From IMG/VR virus record IMGVR_UViG_2029527006_000005: 64,000 nt of DNA, one strand, 5' to 3'. Shown here in pieces: positions 37,580 through 46,490 of the stretch. This DNA comes from a virus. Its lineage: Duplodnaviria > Heunggongvirae > Uroviricota > Caudoviricetes. The position numbers were made by a program, and so were the translations under genes. The notes below the pieces were generated by a model. The model saw only the letters and a program-made list of their open reading frames with translations, was not told the DNA's origin and did no database searches. Positions within the stretch are counted from its first letter, which is position 1. Each line of letters begins with the position of its first letter.

Positions 37580-38543
37580 GTGTCAAGTCCTCTGCTAGTT
37601 TAAGTATTCTTTCTTTTTTGGCAATCTTATCTACCCATTCAGCAGGGATACCATCAAGACCATAGAAAGCACCTGCAATCTGTCCTGTAATCGCCGCCAC
37701 TGTATCAGCATCATCACCTAAGTTTGCTGCAAGTAGGATTGCATCTTTGAAGTTTTTAGTACTATAGAAGCACCACAAAGCAGCTTCTAGTGAATCAAGC
37801 ACATATCCAGTAGAATGAATATCATCGCGTTCTTTATTCTTATATGATCCACCCATGATAGTTAGTATTTCGCGTGAAGTTACAATACCTTCCCAGACTT
37901 TTTCCGGGAATGAAAGTAATGAACGTTTTGACTGTTCTTCATCAGGTTCAACCCCATCCAATTCAATACGACCATTAATTGCACGGTTAAGTAGTACTGC
38001 AAACGCAATACACGATTCACGACATAAAGTACTAGCATGTGTGGTTGAACTGCTTAAATCAGCAGCATATACTAATGTAGAAAAGTCTTCAACTGTATTA
38101 GTATTGTAATAGATTGGAATTGGAGCCAAACGCATAAGACTACCATTTCCAGAATCTAGAAAATGTTCATTATTACGCAAAATTCCATCACGTATGTAAT
38201 TCATCAATGCATTACGTGTTGTCCCACCAATATCAAAACAATGACCATTAGAACTGCAATACCCATTTTTGTACCAATCAACATAATTTATTAGTTGTTC
38301 TTCTGACCATTTGATACTATCTTGAATATCATTTACATCGTAGTTTTCTAGTAAAGCATAGCCTAAGCACAATGCCATACTTGTATCATCAGTCCATTGG
38401 CCGGGATCTAATTGAAAAGGTCCACCACCAACCATATCAGTGATGTTCTCGTAATCCCGTTCTTTGAACTCTAAGGTAGTCCCAACTGCATCACCTACTG
38501 CTAATCCCATTAGGCAACCTTGCGTTCGATTTAGTTTACTCAT
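37569..38543 (-). CDS. ADP-ribosylglycohydrolase (ARH/DraG family)
   Basis: GCLMGLAVGDAVGTTLEF, GNGSLMRLAPI and LGDDADTVAAITGQIAGAFYG are hallmark ARH motifs. Confidence 0.8.
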   Translation of the reverse strand: MSKLNRTQGCLMGLAVGDAVGTTLEFKERDYENITDMVGGGPFQLDPGQWTDDTSMALCLGYALLENYDVNDIQDSIKWSEEQLINYVDWYKNGYCSSNGHCFDIGGTTRNALMNYIRDGILRNNEHFLDSGNGSLMRLAPIPIYYNTNTVEDFSTLVYAADLSSSTTHASTLCRESCIAFAVLLNRAINGRIELDGVEPDEEQSKRSLLSFPEKVWEGIVTSREILTIMGGSYKNKERDDIHSTGYVLDSLEAALWCFYSTKNFKDAILLAANLGDDADTVAAITGQIAGAFYGLDGIPAEWVDKIAKKERILKLAEDLTHGN

Positions 38544-38863
38544 TATATGTCTCCCATTGTATCATAGATGGATTTGACCAATTCCAATTGTGATTTAATT
38601 TGTTCCTTTAGATCTAATATAGATTCAGTAGCAGAAATATCACTATAACCACGAATGAGTTCATCGTTGGAATTAGTTAAATTACTTACTGAACGATAGT
38701 TTTTATGTCTATACGAATATGTCAAATAAAAGTGTTCGTGACTAACTGAAATATCATCAGTATATGGATGACCTGCTTCTTTCCATCCGGGAAATAACGA
38801 ATTAACTTCATTTAAGAGTTCAGTTATTGTTATCATTTTTATTCCTATTATCTGATTAGCCAA
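38543..38863 (-). CDS. hypothetical protein (106 aa)
   Basis: ORF track; first gene after the long leader. Confidence 0.5.
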   Translation of the reverse strand: MANQIIGIKMITITELLNEVNSLFPGWKEAGHPYTDDISVSHEHFYLTYSYRHKNYRSVSNLTNSNDELIRGYSDISATESILDLKEQIKSQLELVKSIYDTMGDI

Positions 38864-39427
38864 TCTTACGATTGTCTAAGAATTTTCGATTCTCTTACTC
38901 ACTTCGTTCGTATCGTATCTCAATTCATTTTGTACTGTTAATACTGACGAGGTTTGTTGAGGCAATTTCATCCCCCACAGGGGGAATGAAGACAATAAAA
39001 AAGTACTAATTAAAGTACTGAATATTGTTCTGACGCTGGTGGCATCGGAATTTTCGAATCGTGAATTTCTCTGAATTTTAGACGTAACTATAGCGTACTA
39101 AAATTGGTCAAAGAACGAAAGCGGGTTGCTCTGTTTCTCTCTATCACGGTCATGTGCAACGGTCGTAGTCTTACTACACTCACACAAAGCCTATTCGAAC
39201 AAGCTCTGTGTGCAACGCCTAAGCGTTTCCCTTAGCATATTGGTGAGTGACCTCATATGTCTATCTTGGAGCCTTAACGTGCCTTACGTTGCTCTTTATA
39301 GTGCCACATTGCCGCGAACGGGTTTCATCTGCACTTCGCATGTGTGGTCATGCTCATCGTCCCTTTACGTTTTCAAGGGTTTCGGTTTAATACGTCTGCA
39401 TATAGCAGCCACAATTGTTACATCTAA
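38864..39427 (-). other. 560-nt untranslated leader, candidate structured ncRNA
   Basis: no minus-strand ORF between promoter copy 8 and the next gene; contains a perfect 10-bp hairpin TTCATCCCCC-ACA-GGGGGAATGAA (38967-38990). Confidence 0.35.
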
Positions 39428-39464
39428 ATTTATTATATCACATTATTCGCCATCTGTCCCAAGT
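39428..39464 (-). promoter_or_regulatory. conserved sigma70-like promoter (copy 8)
   Basis: attatatcaca (39432-39442) ... tgtcccaag (39455-39463); 17-nt spacer. Confidence 0.6.
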
Positions 39465-39943
39465 TTTAACGCCCTCCTGATATCCTCTAATGTCTCAGAG
39501 AACCAATCATGTCCGTCAAATGGATTAATGACTCTACCATGCATGTAGTAGTAATGACAGAACGGTAAAGTACTGGAAATTAACATCTCTTGTAGTTTAG
39601 GATTCTGTGCAATTTTACATATAATCGCACCTTGCATCACTTCTATTGTTTCTTCAGTTAAGTATTTCTCAGTTCGATCGGACTCATAACTTTGTCCTTT
39701 AACTTTAGCATAAGAACCACTTAGCGTTCTCAAATCTTCATGTTTCTGTCCGGTTAAGTACCAATAGTAAAAGCCTTCCACTGAGTTGAATTTACCATAC
39801 TCTGTATACACGAACGGGGAGAATGCAAAATTTGATAGCATCCTCCCCAATTCGGTACGACCTTTACTATATGTATTAATGTGGGTAAATCCATCATCGG
39901 TTGGATCAAAGTATTCATACTTTTCCTGTTCCCATTCAAACAT
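39443..39943 (-). CDS. NADAR (YbiA/DUF1768)-like protein
   Basis: LSNFAFSPFVY...FNSVEGFYYWYLTG parallels YbiA FSNFAAWPI...SEHYFQAQKF; C-terminal region also aligns (ICKIAQNPKLQEMLISST / RAKFEQHAELRALLLAT). Confidence 0.5.
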   Translation of the reverse strand: MFEWEQEKYEYFDPTDDGFTHINTYSKGRTELGRMLSNFAFSPFVYTEYGKFNSVEGFYYWYLTGQKHEDLRTLSGSYAKVKGQSYESDRTEKYLTEETIEVMQGAIICKIAQNPKLQEMLISSTLPFCHYYYMHGRVINPFDGHDWFSETLEDIRRALKLGTDGE

Positions 39944-40572
39944 TATTCAGTATACCTATTATTTGTTAAATCATCTAGGATTGAATTTTTATATTGCGTC
40001 AAAACATTAACTAAATCAATCTCACCTGTATATTTTATAATAAGCCTTTCAGTTATTTCAATTTTTGCATTTTGCCATGCCCGATGTGCATCAAACTCAC
40101 TATAAAAACATCCAAGGTGCTTCTTTTTATGGTTTTCATGAATACACGCATGATAATGCTTATCTCGGTTTTCAACGTATGAAACACCAATAGCATATTC
40201 ACCCCGGCCTTTCTCACTTTTTAAAATTAAAGTGTTTATTTCATGAGGGACAAAAATGCATGTTTGTGGTGAATAATGTTTATTACCGGGAATTAAAAGG
40301 TCTTTGTCAATATCACGATCTTTATAATTTTGCTTCACTACCCATGATTTAAAATTAGTAAAGGATTTCCAATCTTCATGAATAGTAGTTCCGATATATG
40401 ATGGAAATTTATCTAGAAATTTTTCACTATAACAACGCTCTAAAATATTTCTCCATGTGGTGTATATAGGACACCTCCATACTTGTTTCGATTTACCATT
40501 CACAACTTCGGATTTTGCTATTGGTTCAGGGGAGTCATTGACTCCCACACCGTATATTAGTTTCTTTGGCAT
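39943..40572 (-). CDS. putative DNA-binding / HNH-like protein (209 aa)
   Basis: basic N-terminus KVWRCPIYTTWRNILERCY; HYHACIHENHKKKH; weak resemblance to phage mobile-endonuclease accessory domains. Confidence 0.3.
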   Translation of the reverse strand: MPKKLIYGVGVNDSPEPIAKSEVVNGKSKQVWRCPIYTTWRNILERCYSEKFLDKFPSYIGTTIHEDWKSFTNFKSWVVKQNYKDRDIDKDLLIPGNKHYSPQTCIFVPHEINTLILKSEKGRGEYAIGVSYVENRDKHYHACIHENHKKKHLGCFYSEFDAHRAWQNAKIEITERLIIKYTGEIDLVNVLTQYKNSILDDLTNNRYTE

Positions 40573-40940
40573 TATTCCTCTGTATGTTCTTCTGTACCTT
40601 CAGGTAAGCCACGGACGCGTTTCATATTAATGAATACACCGTTCTTATCTTGGAAATTACATTCCCCGTTATACCATGAGTACTCACTGTTTGCTGCTTT
40701 GTGAATAGTCTTCTGTACCGTACAGTCGTACATATTCACGATATGACCTCTGTGGTCATTTAAAGTTAAACACAACATCACAATACTGAAAACTAGACAA
40801 GTCTTCCAGTAATCAGCAAAGAAGCCGAAAGCTGATGTAGTGTTTGTTTTGTAATAAAGACCTTGTAGTAATGCACAACCGCGAAAAATGAAGTACAGTA
40901 CATACAATGTCACTAGCACGATCAATGCAATCCAGATCAT
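40572..40940 (-). CDS. polytopic membrane protein (122 aa)
   Basis: MIWIALIVLVTLYVLYFIF and CLVFSIVMLCLTL. Confidence 0.5.
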   Translation of the reverse strand: MIWIALIVLVTLYVLYFIFRGCALLQGLYYKTNTTSAFGFFADYWKTCLVFSIVMLCLTLNDHRGHIVNMYDCTVQKTIHKAANSEYSWYNGECNFQDKNGVFINMKRVRGLPEGTEEHTEE

Positions 40941-41489
40941 TTATTCACCTCTTTGAAATAAGTGTAGTTTAGTAAACATGTCATAGAAAAAGTGAATGTC
41001 AAAAGGCACTGATTTTTCAACCGTGCTTTGTTGGAACACCTTCTCTTCAAAACCCATTATATCAAACCATTCGTCTTCGATCAAGATTTTTTTGTCACCG
41101 ACAAGTACTTTCATTAATTTGGCTTTGGAACCTCGGTCATTCCACTCCAAATCAATCATTCGTAGTTTATCGTCTTTGATTCGAATATTCAAGGCAATTT
41201 CGTAATATATTGGTTTGTATTCGCTGCCAAATTTCATTGAGTCATAGTTACTGAAGAAATCATGAGAATCATTAAAATCTCTAACTAGTTCTATCCTGAA
41301 CTGTTTATTGAATACTACAAGTTCTCCATCAGTTGTAACATTTACACCATTGATTGTGAACTGGTCTGAACCAATATTACTGAAAGACGAAAAATCAAAT
41401 GCTTCAATTATAGCTAATGTAGCTTCGATTTCTGATTGTAACTTTTTTCGCATAATATTATTAAGCGACGTGAGGTATACCTTACTCAT
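40941..41489 (-). CDS. EEE-FFQ-ST family protein
   Basis: MGFEEKVFQQSTVEKSVPFDIHFFYDMF. Confidence 0.5.
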   Translation of the reverse strand: MSKVYLTSLNNIMRKKLQSEIEATLAIIEAFDFSSFSNIGSDQFTINGVNVTTDGELVVFNKQFRIELVRDFNDSHDFFSNYDSMKFGSEYKPIYYEIALNIRIKDDKLRMIDLEWNDRGSKAKLMKVLVGDKKILIEDEWFDIMGFEEKVFQQSTVEKSVPFDIHFFYDMFTKLHLFQRGE

Positions 41490-41953
41490 ACAAACTCCTT
41501 TAAAAAATCTAAACTGTACTCACTTACTAAATCATTTTGAAAGATAATTTCTTCTAACTCATCGAGTGGTAAAACTACATTGAATAAAGTTAAAGTCTCT
41601 TCCTCAATATAAACGTAGAAACAAATGTTTCCATGTCTATCAGTAGCAGTAACCGACACTAGTTTGTTTTCTGAATTATAGTACATTCGTATTGAAAGAT
41701 CGTAAGAACTATACATGTACTCAATTCTTGCACAATCCCCTGCTGCACTAACATATAGATCGGTAGCACCGCGATACCCTTCAAGAGAACGAATTATAAT
41801 AGGTACTGGTTCTTCTCTTGAAGATGTTAGTCTAAGGCGACCATAAACATTAACGTCGTTAAGTTGTTTTTTTATATTTCTAATTATACCCAACGATGTG
41901 TGGAAATAATCATTGGTAAAACAATCATGTGGTAAATTATTCAAATAAACCAT
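41486..41953 (-). CDS. EEE-FFQ-ST family protein (divergent)
   Basis: LDELEEIIFQNDLVSEYSLDFL. Confidence 0.45.
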   Translation of the reverse strand: MVYLNNLPHDCFTNDYFHTSLGIIRNIKKQLNDVNVYGRLRLTSSREEPVPIIIRSLEGYRGATDLYVSAAGDCARIEYMYSSYDLSIRMYYNSENKLVSVTATDRHGNICFYVYIEEETLTLFNVVLPLDELEEIIFQNDLVSEYSLDFLKEFV

Positions 41954-42557
41954 TAGTATATACCGCCCTTAGTTCTAATAAATCTAAAAATCTAATCTTT
42001 GGATTATCACTAACTAAATCGGTAGTGAATGCATCTGGGTTATCATGGGAGTAAATCACTCCATCAACCATAATATTACCATTCTCTAGAAATAACATAG
42101 TACTGTGTACTGTATATCCCTCTTCTTGTTTCCATGTGTCATAGTCTGATGTAACTGATATTGACATTCCTCGATCTGTTTTCTTTAACCATTTAATACT
42201 TCTAACTTTAGATTTCCAATCAATATGAATTTTAATCATAAAGATTGGTTGTTTTGTTACGTGACTTGAAATCATAGCTTGTGGTTGGATTGACCATCCA
42301 CCAGAGGATGTAATCATAGTACCGGGTTGGGCTTGCATTTGGGACATAGCAATAGCTTGTTGAGGGGTAAGGTATTCGCTGGTGCTTACTTCGCGACTGC
42401 ATTTGAAGATGTATCCACCGTATTCTTCGGCTCGGTGAAAACTAAATTCGGGGGATGTGAAAATCTTAGTACCCATTATAACGTTTTGACCAACTCCTTG
42501 TATCTTTTCTAATGCTCGATGTGTTTCTAATAACCAAATATCAAATTCTGTTTTCAT
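41937..42557 (-). CDS. hypothetical protein (206 aa)
   Basis: ORF track. Confidence 0.55.
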   Translation of the reverse strand: MKTEFDIWLLETHRALEKIQGVGQNVIMGTKIFTSPEFSFHRAEEYGGYIFKCSREVSTSEYLTPQQAIAMSQMQAQPGTMITSSGGWSIQPQAMISSHVTKQPIFMIKIHIDWKSKVRSIKWLKKTDRGMSISVTSDYDTWKQEEGYTVHSTMLFLENGNIMVDGVIYSHDNPDAFTTDLVSDNPKIRFLDLLELRAVYTNGLFE

Positions 42558-42565
42558 TTTGTACC

Positions 42566-42595
42566 TATAAAAAATGCGAGTACCGAAGTACTCGC
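42566..42595 (-). terminator. rho-independent terminator
   Basis: hairpin GCGAGTAC-TTCG-GTACTCGC followed by ATTTTTTATAGG on the minus strand. Confidence 0.6.
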
Positions 42596-42606
42596 AAGTA
42601 GTTTAA

Positions 42607-43167
42607 TTATTTCTTCAAGCTAATTGGCTCTTGAATACCCGTTTCCATTGCGGTGCGGGTTTGTGCATCTGACACAACTACACAGTAGTGTGCTTTTTCT
42701 TTAGATGGGAACTGAGTACTGTCAATTATTTTCTTGTTCCAGAAGCCATTTAGGAATTTATCATATGATGCACACTGATCAATCTTCATCTTCTGGGTAT
42801 TACTGAACTGCTTACGTCCACCTTCAATCGTTGCTAGTAGTTCTTGGTAAATTTTACTATCCAAGTTCGGGATGTGCTGTTGGATAAAGGACATTACCTG
42901 CTTCTCTGATACACCCTGCTTACCATTGAAGTACTCGCCAATTACACTACGTAGGTCTGAAACATAGATATCGGAGATTTGAGTTTTCTCTTTAATAGTG
43001 AGAGTATAAGTACTCAAATCGTTTTCAGAAGCATCGTAGTAACGTTTGATGTTACTTTCAAATTCAACCGCCTGATCGTGCTTACCACTGTACATTCCCA
43101 CGACACCAGCTACGCCCAACACGACAACAACCAGTAGTGCGATAACTGCAATTAGTGCGTTTTTCAT
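42607..43167 (-). CDS. LemA-family membrane protein
   Basis: N-terminal TM, length about 186 aa and overall profile (SDIYVSDLRS..., ELLATIEGGRKQFSNTQKMKIDQCASYDKFLNGFW) resemble LemA. Confidence 0.5.
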   Translation of the reverse strand: MKNALIAVIALLVVVVLGVAGVVGMYSGKHDQAVEFESNIKRYYDASENDLSTYTLTIKEKTQISDIYVSDLRSVIGEYFNGKQGVSEKQVMSFIQQHIPNLDSKIYQELLATIEGGRKQFSNTQKMKIDQCASYDKFLNGFWNKKIIDSTQFPSKEKAHYCVVVSDAQTRTAMETGIQEPISLKK

Positions 43168-44261
43168 AAATCGTTATTCCTCATAAAGAAGCCAATACAA
43201 ATTGAGATTAGTAGTAGCACTACACTACATGCTACGATGATTTCCTTCTTAGGTTCAAGTCTGTACTTCATGTACTTGAACTCTTCATTCGGGAGTCTTT
43301 CGTATTTCTGAACAGTAGTATATACCTGTTTTTTCAACAAGTCAAGCGACATTTTCTCGCTCAACGCATCAATACGCAAGGTTGCATGAAGCATTTCGTT
43401 TTTCATACCACCAGCAAACGATGTACTGTAAAACTTAGTAACATCACCACTATCGTTGATACCGAAGAACATGAGTACATCATTCTTCTTACCACCACGC
43501 CATTTGGTCATGGTTGCATCTACAAACTGTGGATCTCTGTCATTGTACAAAACAACCGTGATGTTCAACTGCTTACGAGAACCTTCAGTTTTCAACACCT
43601 CTGATACGTACTCATTATAACCCTTTGACGATACACGTGTCAAGTTCACAATGTGATTAGTACGGTAATAATCGTAAACTCCCGGATAGTCTGGAATACC
43701 TTTTTGGTATTCTGGGTCGTACTTAGTTTTAAAATCTTCTGGTGCAAACAGTGACTGCTCATCAGCAAACAAGTAATTTGTGTACTGATGTGGTGCAGAA
43801 GCAGGTTCACCAATGCGTACTACACGGTAACGTTCAGGCATGATATCACCACGTGCGTTCACACGACGAATCTTAATCTCACCTACAGTACTTTCAACAT
43901 ACCAGTCAAACTCTGAATAGTAATCGAAAACTTTATATGAGACACATGTTTCAGTTTTGTTACCTTTACTGTCTGTACTTGAAGTACAACGCTGGTGAAC
44001 GGTATAGTTTTCACAAGAACTGTACTCAGTACAGATTTCTGTATGTTTGTACTTACCTGTTACTTCACCATTCAGTACTTCAACGTCTTGTAGATCACTG
44101 TATAGAAAATAGTAGTTCGTTCCTAGTATTGCTGCTGCACCAATGATGATTGCAATTAGATGAATACCGACTTCTTTGGGCGTAATATGATACGAGAACA
44201 TCATCTTCATTGTCACCATTACTAAAAATGCTGGAATGAAGAGAATAGCGAAGTCTAACAT
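43164..44261 (-). CDS. polytopic membrane protein (about 366 aa)
   Basis: two N-terminal TM segments, large extracytoplasmic domain and a C-terminal TM (IIVACSVVLLLISICIGFF); translationally coupled to the LemA-like gene; start trimmed to an internal Met. Confidence 0.5.
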   Translation of the reverse strand: MLDFAILFIPAFLVMVTMKMMFSYHITPKEVGIHLIAIIIGAAAILGTNYYFLYSDLQDVEVLNGEVTGKYKHTEICTEYSSCENYTVHQRCTSSTDSKGNKTETCVSYKVFDYYSEFDWYVESTVGEIKIRRVNARGDIMPERYRVVRIGEPASAPHQYTNYLFADEQSLFAPEDFKTKYDPEYQKGIPDYPGVYDYYRTNHIVNLTRVSSKGYNEYVSEVLKTEGSRKQLNITVVLYNDRDPQFVDATMTKWRGGKKNDVLMFFGINDSGDVTKFYSTSFAGGMKNEMLHATLRIDALSEKMSLDLLKKQVYTTVQKYERLPNEEFKYMKYRLEPKKEIIVACSVVLLLISICIGFFMRNNDL

Positions 44262-44316
44262 GGTTAATCCTCTTAATGTGGGTGAGCTAAGATTATAGCC
44301 CACCCGATCAGTACTG

Positions 44317-45000
44317 TCAACTTTTTTTCTTTTGTAGGCAGTACGAAATTTGTAGGGCTTCACGAGCCGCATCATAGAGCGGGTGATGCAACTCTAAGTT
44401 AACAAAGCCGTGTTCTACGCGTGTTGTAGTCTCAAACCGTCCTAGATAGTCTTTGACGATGCTATCCATTTCTTCCCGCTCTGCATCACTTAGTAGGTCT
44501 TTGATACTTCTGGCGTTCTGTGGAGCATTGTATTTCCACATTTTAGCATTACCATACATAAGTCTGTGGTTAGCTTGAAGAATGCTACAATCGAAGTGGC
44601 AGCCATTACCCCAAATCTTACCATCATATTCATCGTACTCACCATTAATGAACCAATCAACGGTTACTGATGGATCGACTAGTTTATGTGTTTGGTACGG
44701 TTGAGTACTGAGCTTGAGTTCTGCCATTTCTAATGGGAAAGATTTCTTCATTTCATGTAGTGCACGAGGATATTCTTCTGCACACATATCAAACCAGAAT
44801 GACATACATGAAGCAGAGATCTTAAGACCTTTGTCAATCTGTGGTTGGAGTGGCATTTGAACATACATCCATTCCAACTGATAGGTTTCTGGCACTTCTG
44901 GCACTTTAACTAATGCGTAGTTAGGAATGGCGATATCATACCCGCTATTCTCTGGTACTGCAAGAGATTCAATATCAATCGCCACATCACGTCTAATCAT
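44317..45000 (-). CDS. dexA: DEDD (DnaQ-like) 3'-5' exonuclease, DexA-like
   Basis: Exo I motif VAIDIESLAV; 227 aa, the same length as T4 exonuclease A. Confidence 0.55.
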   Translation of the reverse strand: MIRRDVAIDIESLAVPENSGYDIAIPNYALVKVPEVPETYQLEWMYVQMPLQPQIDKGLKISASCMSFWFDMCAEEYPRALHEMKKSFPLEMAELKLSTQPYQTHKLVDPSVTVDWFINGEYDEYDGKIWGNGCHFDCSILQANHRLMYGNAKMWKYNAPQNARSIKDLLSDAEREEMDSIVKDYLGRFETTTRVEHGFVNLELHHPLYDAAREALQISYCLQKKKS

Positions 45001-45007
45001 TTACACC

Positions 45008-45220
45008 TCACTTTATAAAATCTACTTCTTTTGCACTATATGAGTGAACATCTGAATAAAAACTGTACCGAGAACCAATATTGTCGTCAATAAAGGATGC
45101 AGTAATTTCGTGTTCGTGGCAGTATTCAAACCATGCTTTCATGGATGTGAATAAGCCGAAGAAACGTTTTTCTTCAACACCATATTGATGCTCAAAGAAT
45201 TCAACTAGTACTGGTTTCAT
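45008..45220 (-). CDS. hypothetical protein (70 aa)
   Basis: ORF track. Confidence 0.45.
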   Translation of the reverse strand: MKPVLVEFFEHQYGVEEKRFFGLFTSMKAWFEYCHEHEITASFIDDNIGSRYSFYSDVHSYSAKEVDFIK

Positions 45221-45231
45221 TTGTTTCTCCT

Positions 45232-45270
45232 AACAAAAAGGAGGCATAACGCCTCCTTTATTTTTATTAT
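45232..45270. terminator. bidirectional rho-independent terminator
   Basis: hairpin AGGAGGC-ATAAC-GCCTCCT with T-tracts on both strands. Confidence 0.6.
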
Positions 45271-46466
45271 TTCTTGTGAGTTTTATCAGCAATCTCTAGT
45301 AGAGAGTTTTTCAAATCTTGATTCATTTTTTCCATTTCAAGTTTTGCTTTCTCACGTTCTGCTGCACCGCTCTGCTCAACCATAATGGTATCGTTAATAC
45401 CTTTGAGCATAGTGTTCTGTACTTTACGTAGTGTATCCAAATCTACCACTCCACGTTGGTTAGCTTTAGCGGAATCAACCATGTTCTTAGCTACGGTATC
45501 TGCGTTATTAGATAGTAGTAGGTTAGTCTGGTCATCAATCTTCGCACCAAGCTCGTTATCTTTACGCTGTGCGTCACTGATTAGACCTAGGCTCATCTGG
45601 GTCTTCCACGCTGGAATAGTCGTGGTGATTAGTGTCTGGTACTTCTCATGTGTGTTGGTGTTTACCTTACGCATGGACATAATCTGTGGAGCCATTAGTT
45701 GAGATAGTGTAATCAAGCGACGTACCTTATCTGCCTGTTTGTCAAGTGCTTCGACAATTAGTTTCTGTTCTTCGAATTTCTCAACTTCAATGCTGTCATC
45801 TTGACGCATAGTATTAAGAATTTCTTCTTGTGGTGCTTTAACTTCTTCAATGCTAGCAAGTGCCGTTTTTAGCTCTTTGAGATGGTCGATGTTAGCAGTG
45901 TAAACACTTTCCAACCAACGACCTTCATCTTCCATACGCACTACGCCACCATCAAGAGTCTTAACGATTTCTTGGATTTGATCATAGCTGGTATTAAGCT
46001 GGTCTGTTACCTGACGTTTTGCGTCACGGAAGAGACTCATCACTTTACCCCAAACGCCCTTCTGTGGTGTACCGAGTGATTCAATGTCAACGCTGCGGGT
46101 TAACGCAAGAATGTTGTTAACACTTTCACCGAACTCACCGCTATCAGCGACTTTAACACGGTTTAGGATCTGGTCGTTGAGTACAGAAATGCTTGCACCA
46201 GCATCCATACCAAACGTGTGAATGTTAGAAACAGTTAGTGCAACGCTTTCGCCTTTAGCAGAAGTCAGTGCTGGAAGCTGTTTTTCAGTCTGTTCGAAAA
46301 CATCATTCTGTACTACGTCTTTCTCTTTAACTTTAGTCGCTTTCTTTGTTGCTGGCTTACGAGTACGAGTTTTAGTAGCTGGAGTGATATCTTTCTCTGA
46401 CATTATGAATTCCTCATGTTTGTTTAATAAGTAGTGCTGCTTGTCTATGTGAACATTATACAGCAC
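45267..46466 (-). CDS. TelA/KlaA-like toxic-anion-resistance family protein
   Basis: about 390 aa, predicted all-helical, with TelA-like segments (e.g. HLKELKTALASIEE, ADKVRRLITLSQLMAPQIMSMRKVN); a basic N-terminal extension rich in K/T/R. Confidence 0.55.
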   Translation of the reverse strand: MLYNVHIDKQHYLLNKHEEFIMSEKDITPATKTRTRKPATKKATKVKEKDVVQNDVFEQTEKQLPALTSAKGESVALTVSNIHTFGMDAGASISVLNDQILNRVKVADSGEFGESVNNILALTRSVDIESLGTPQKGVWGKVMSLFRDAKRQVTDQLNTSYDQIQEIVKTLDGGVVRMEDEGRWLESVYTANIDHLKELKTALASIEEVKAPQEEILNTMRQDDSIEVEKFEEQKLIVEALDKQADKVRRLITLSQLMAPQIMSMRKVNTNTHEKYQTLITTTIPAWKTQMSLGLISDAQRKDNELGAKIDDQTNLLLSNNADTVAKNMVDSAKANQRGVVDLDTLRKVQNTMLKGINDTIMVEQSGAAEREKAKLEMEKMNQDLKNSLLEIADKTHKK

Positions 46467-46490
46467 TACGATATGGTGTCAACAACAATT

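Noticed and set aside
38967-38990. Perfect 10-bp hairpin as a rho-independent terminator
   Set aside because: There is no U-tract following it in either transcriptional orientation (an A-run follows on plus, and the T-run precedes it on minus). It is more likely an internal RNA structure.
39126-39548. Plus-strand 140-aa ORF in the long leader region
   Set aside because: It overlaps the conserved promoter and the 3' end of the NADAR-like gene on the opposite strand. It is Ser/Leu/Cys-rich with no RBS. The region is more likely non-coding RNA.
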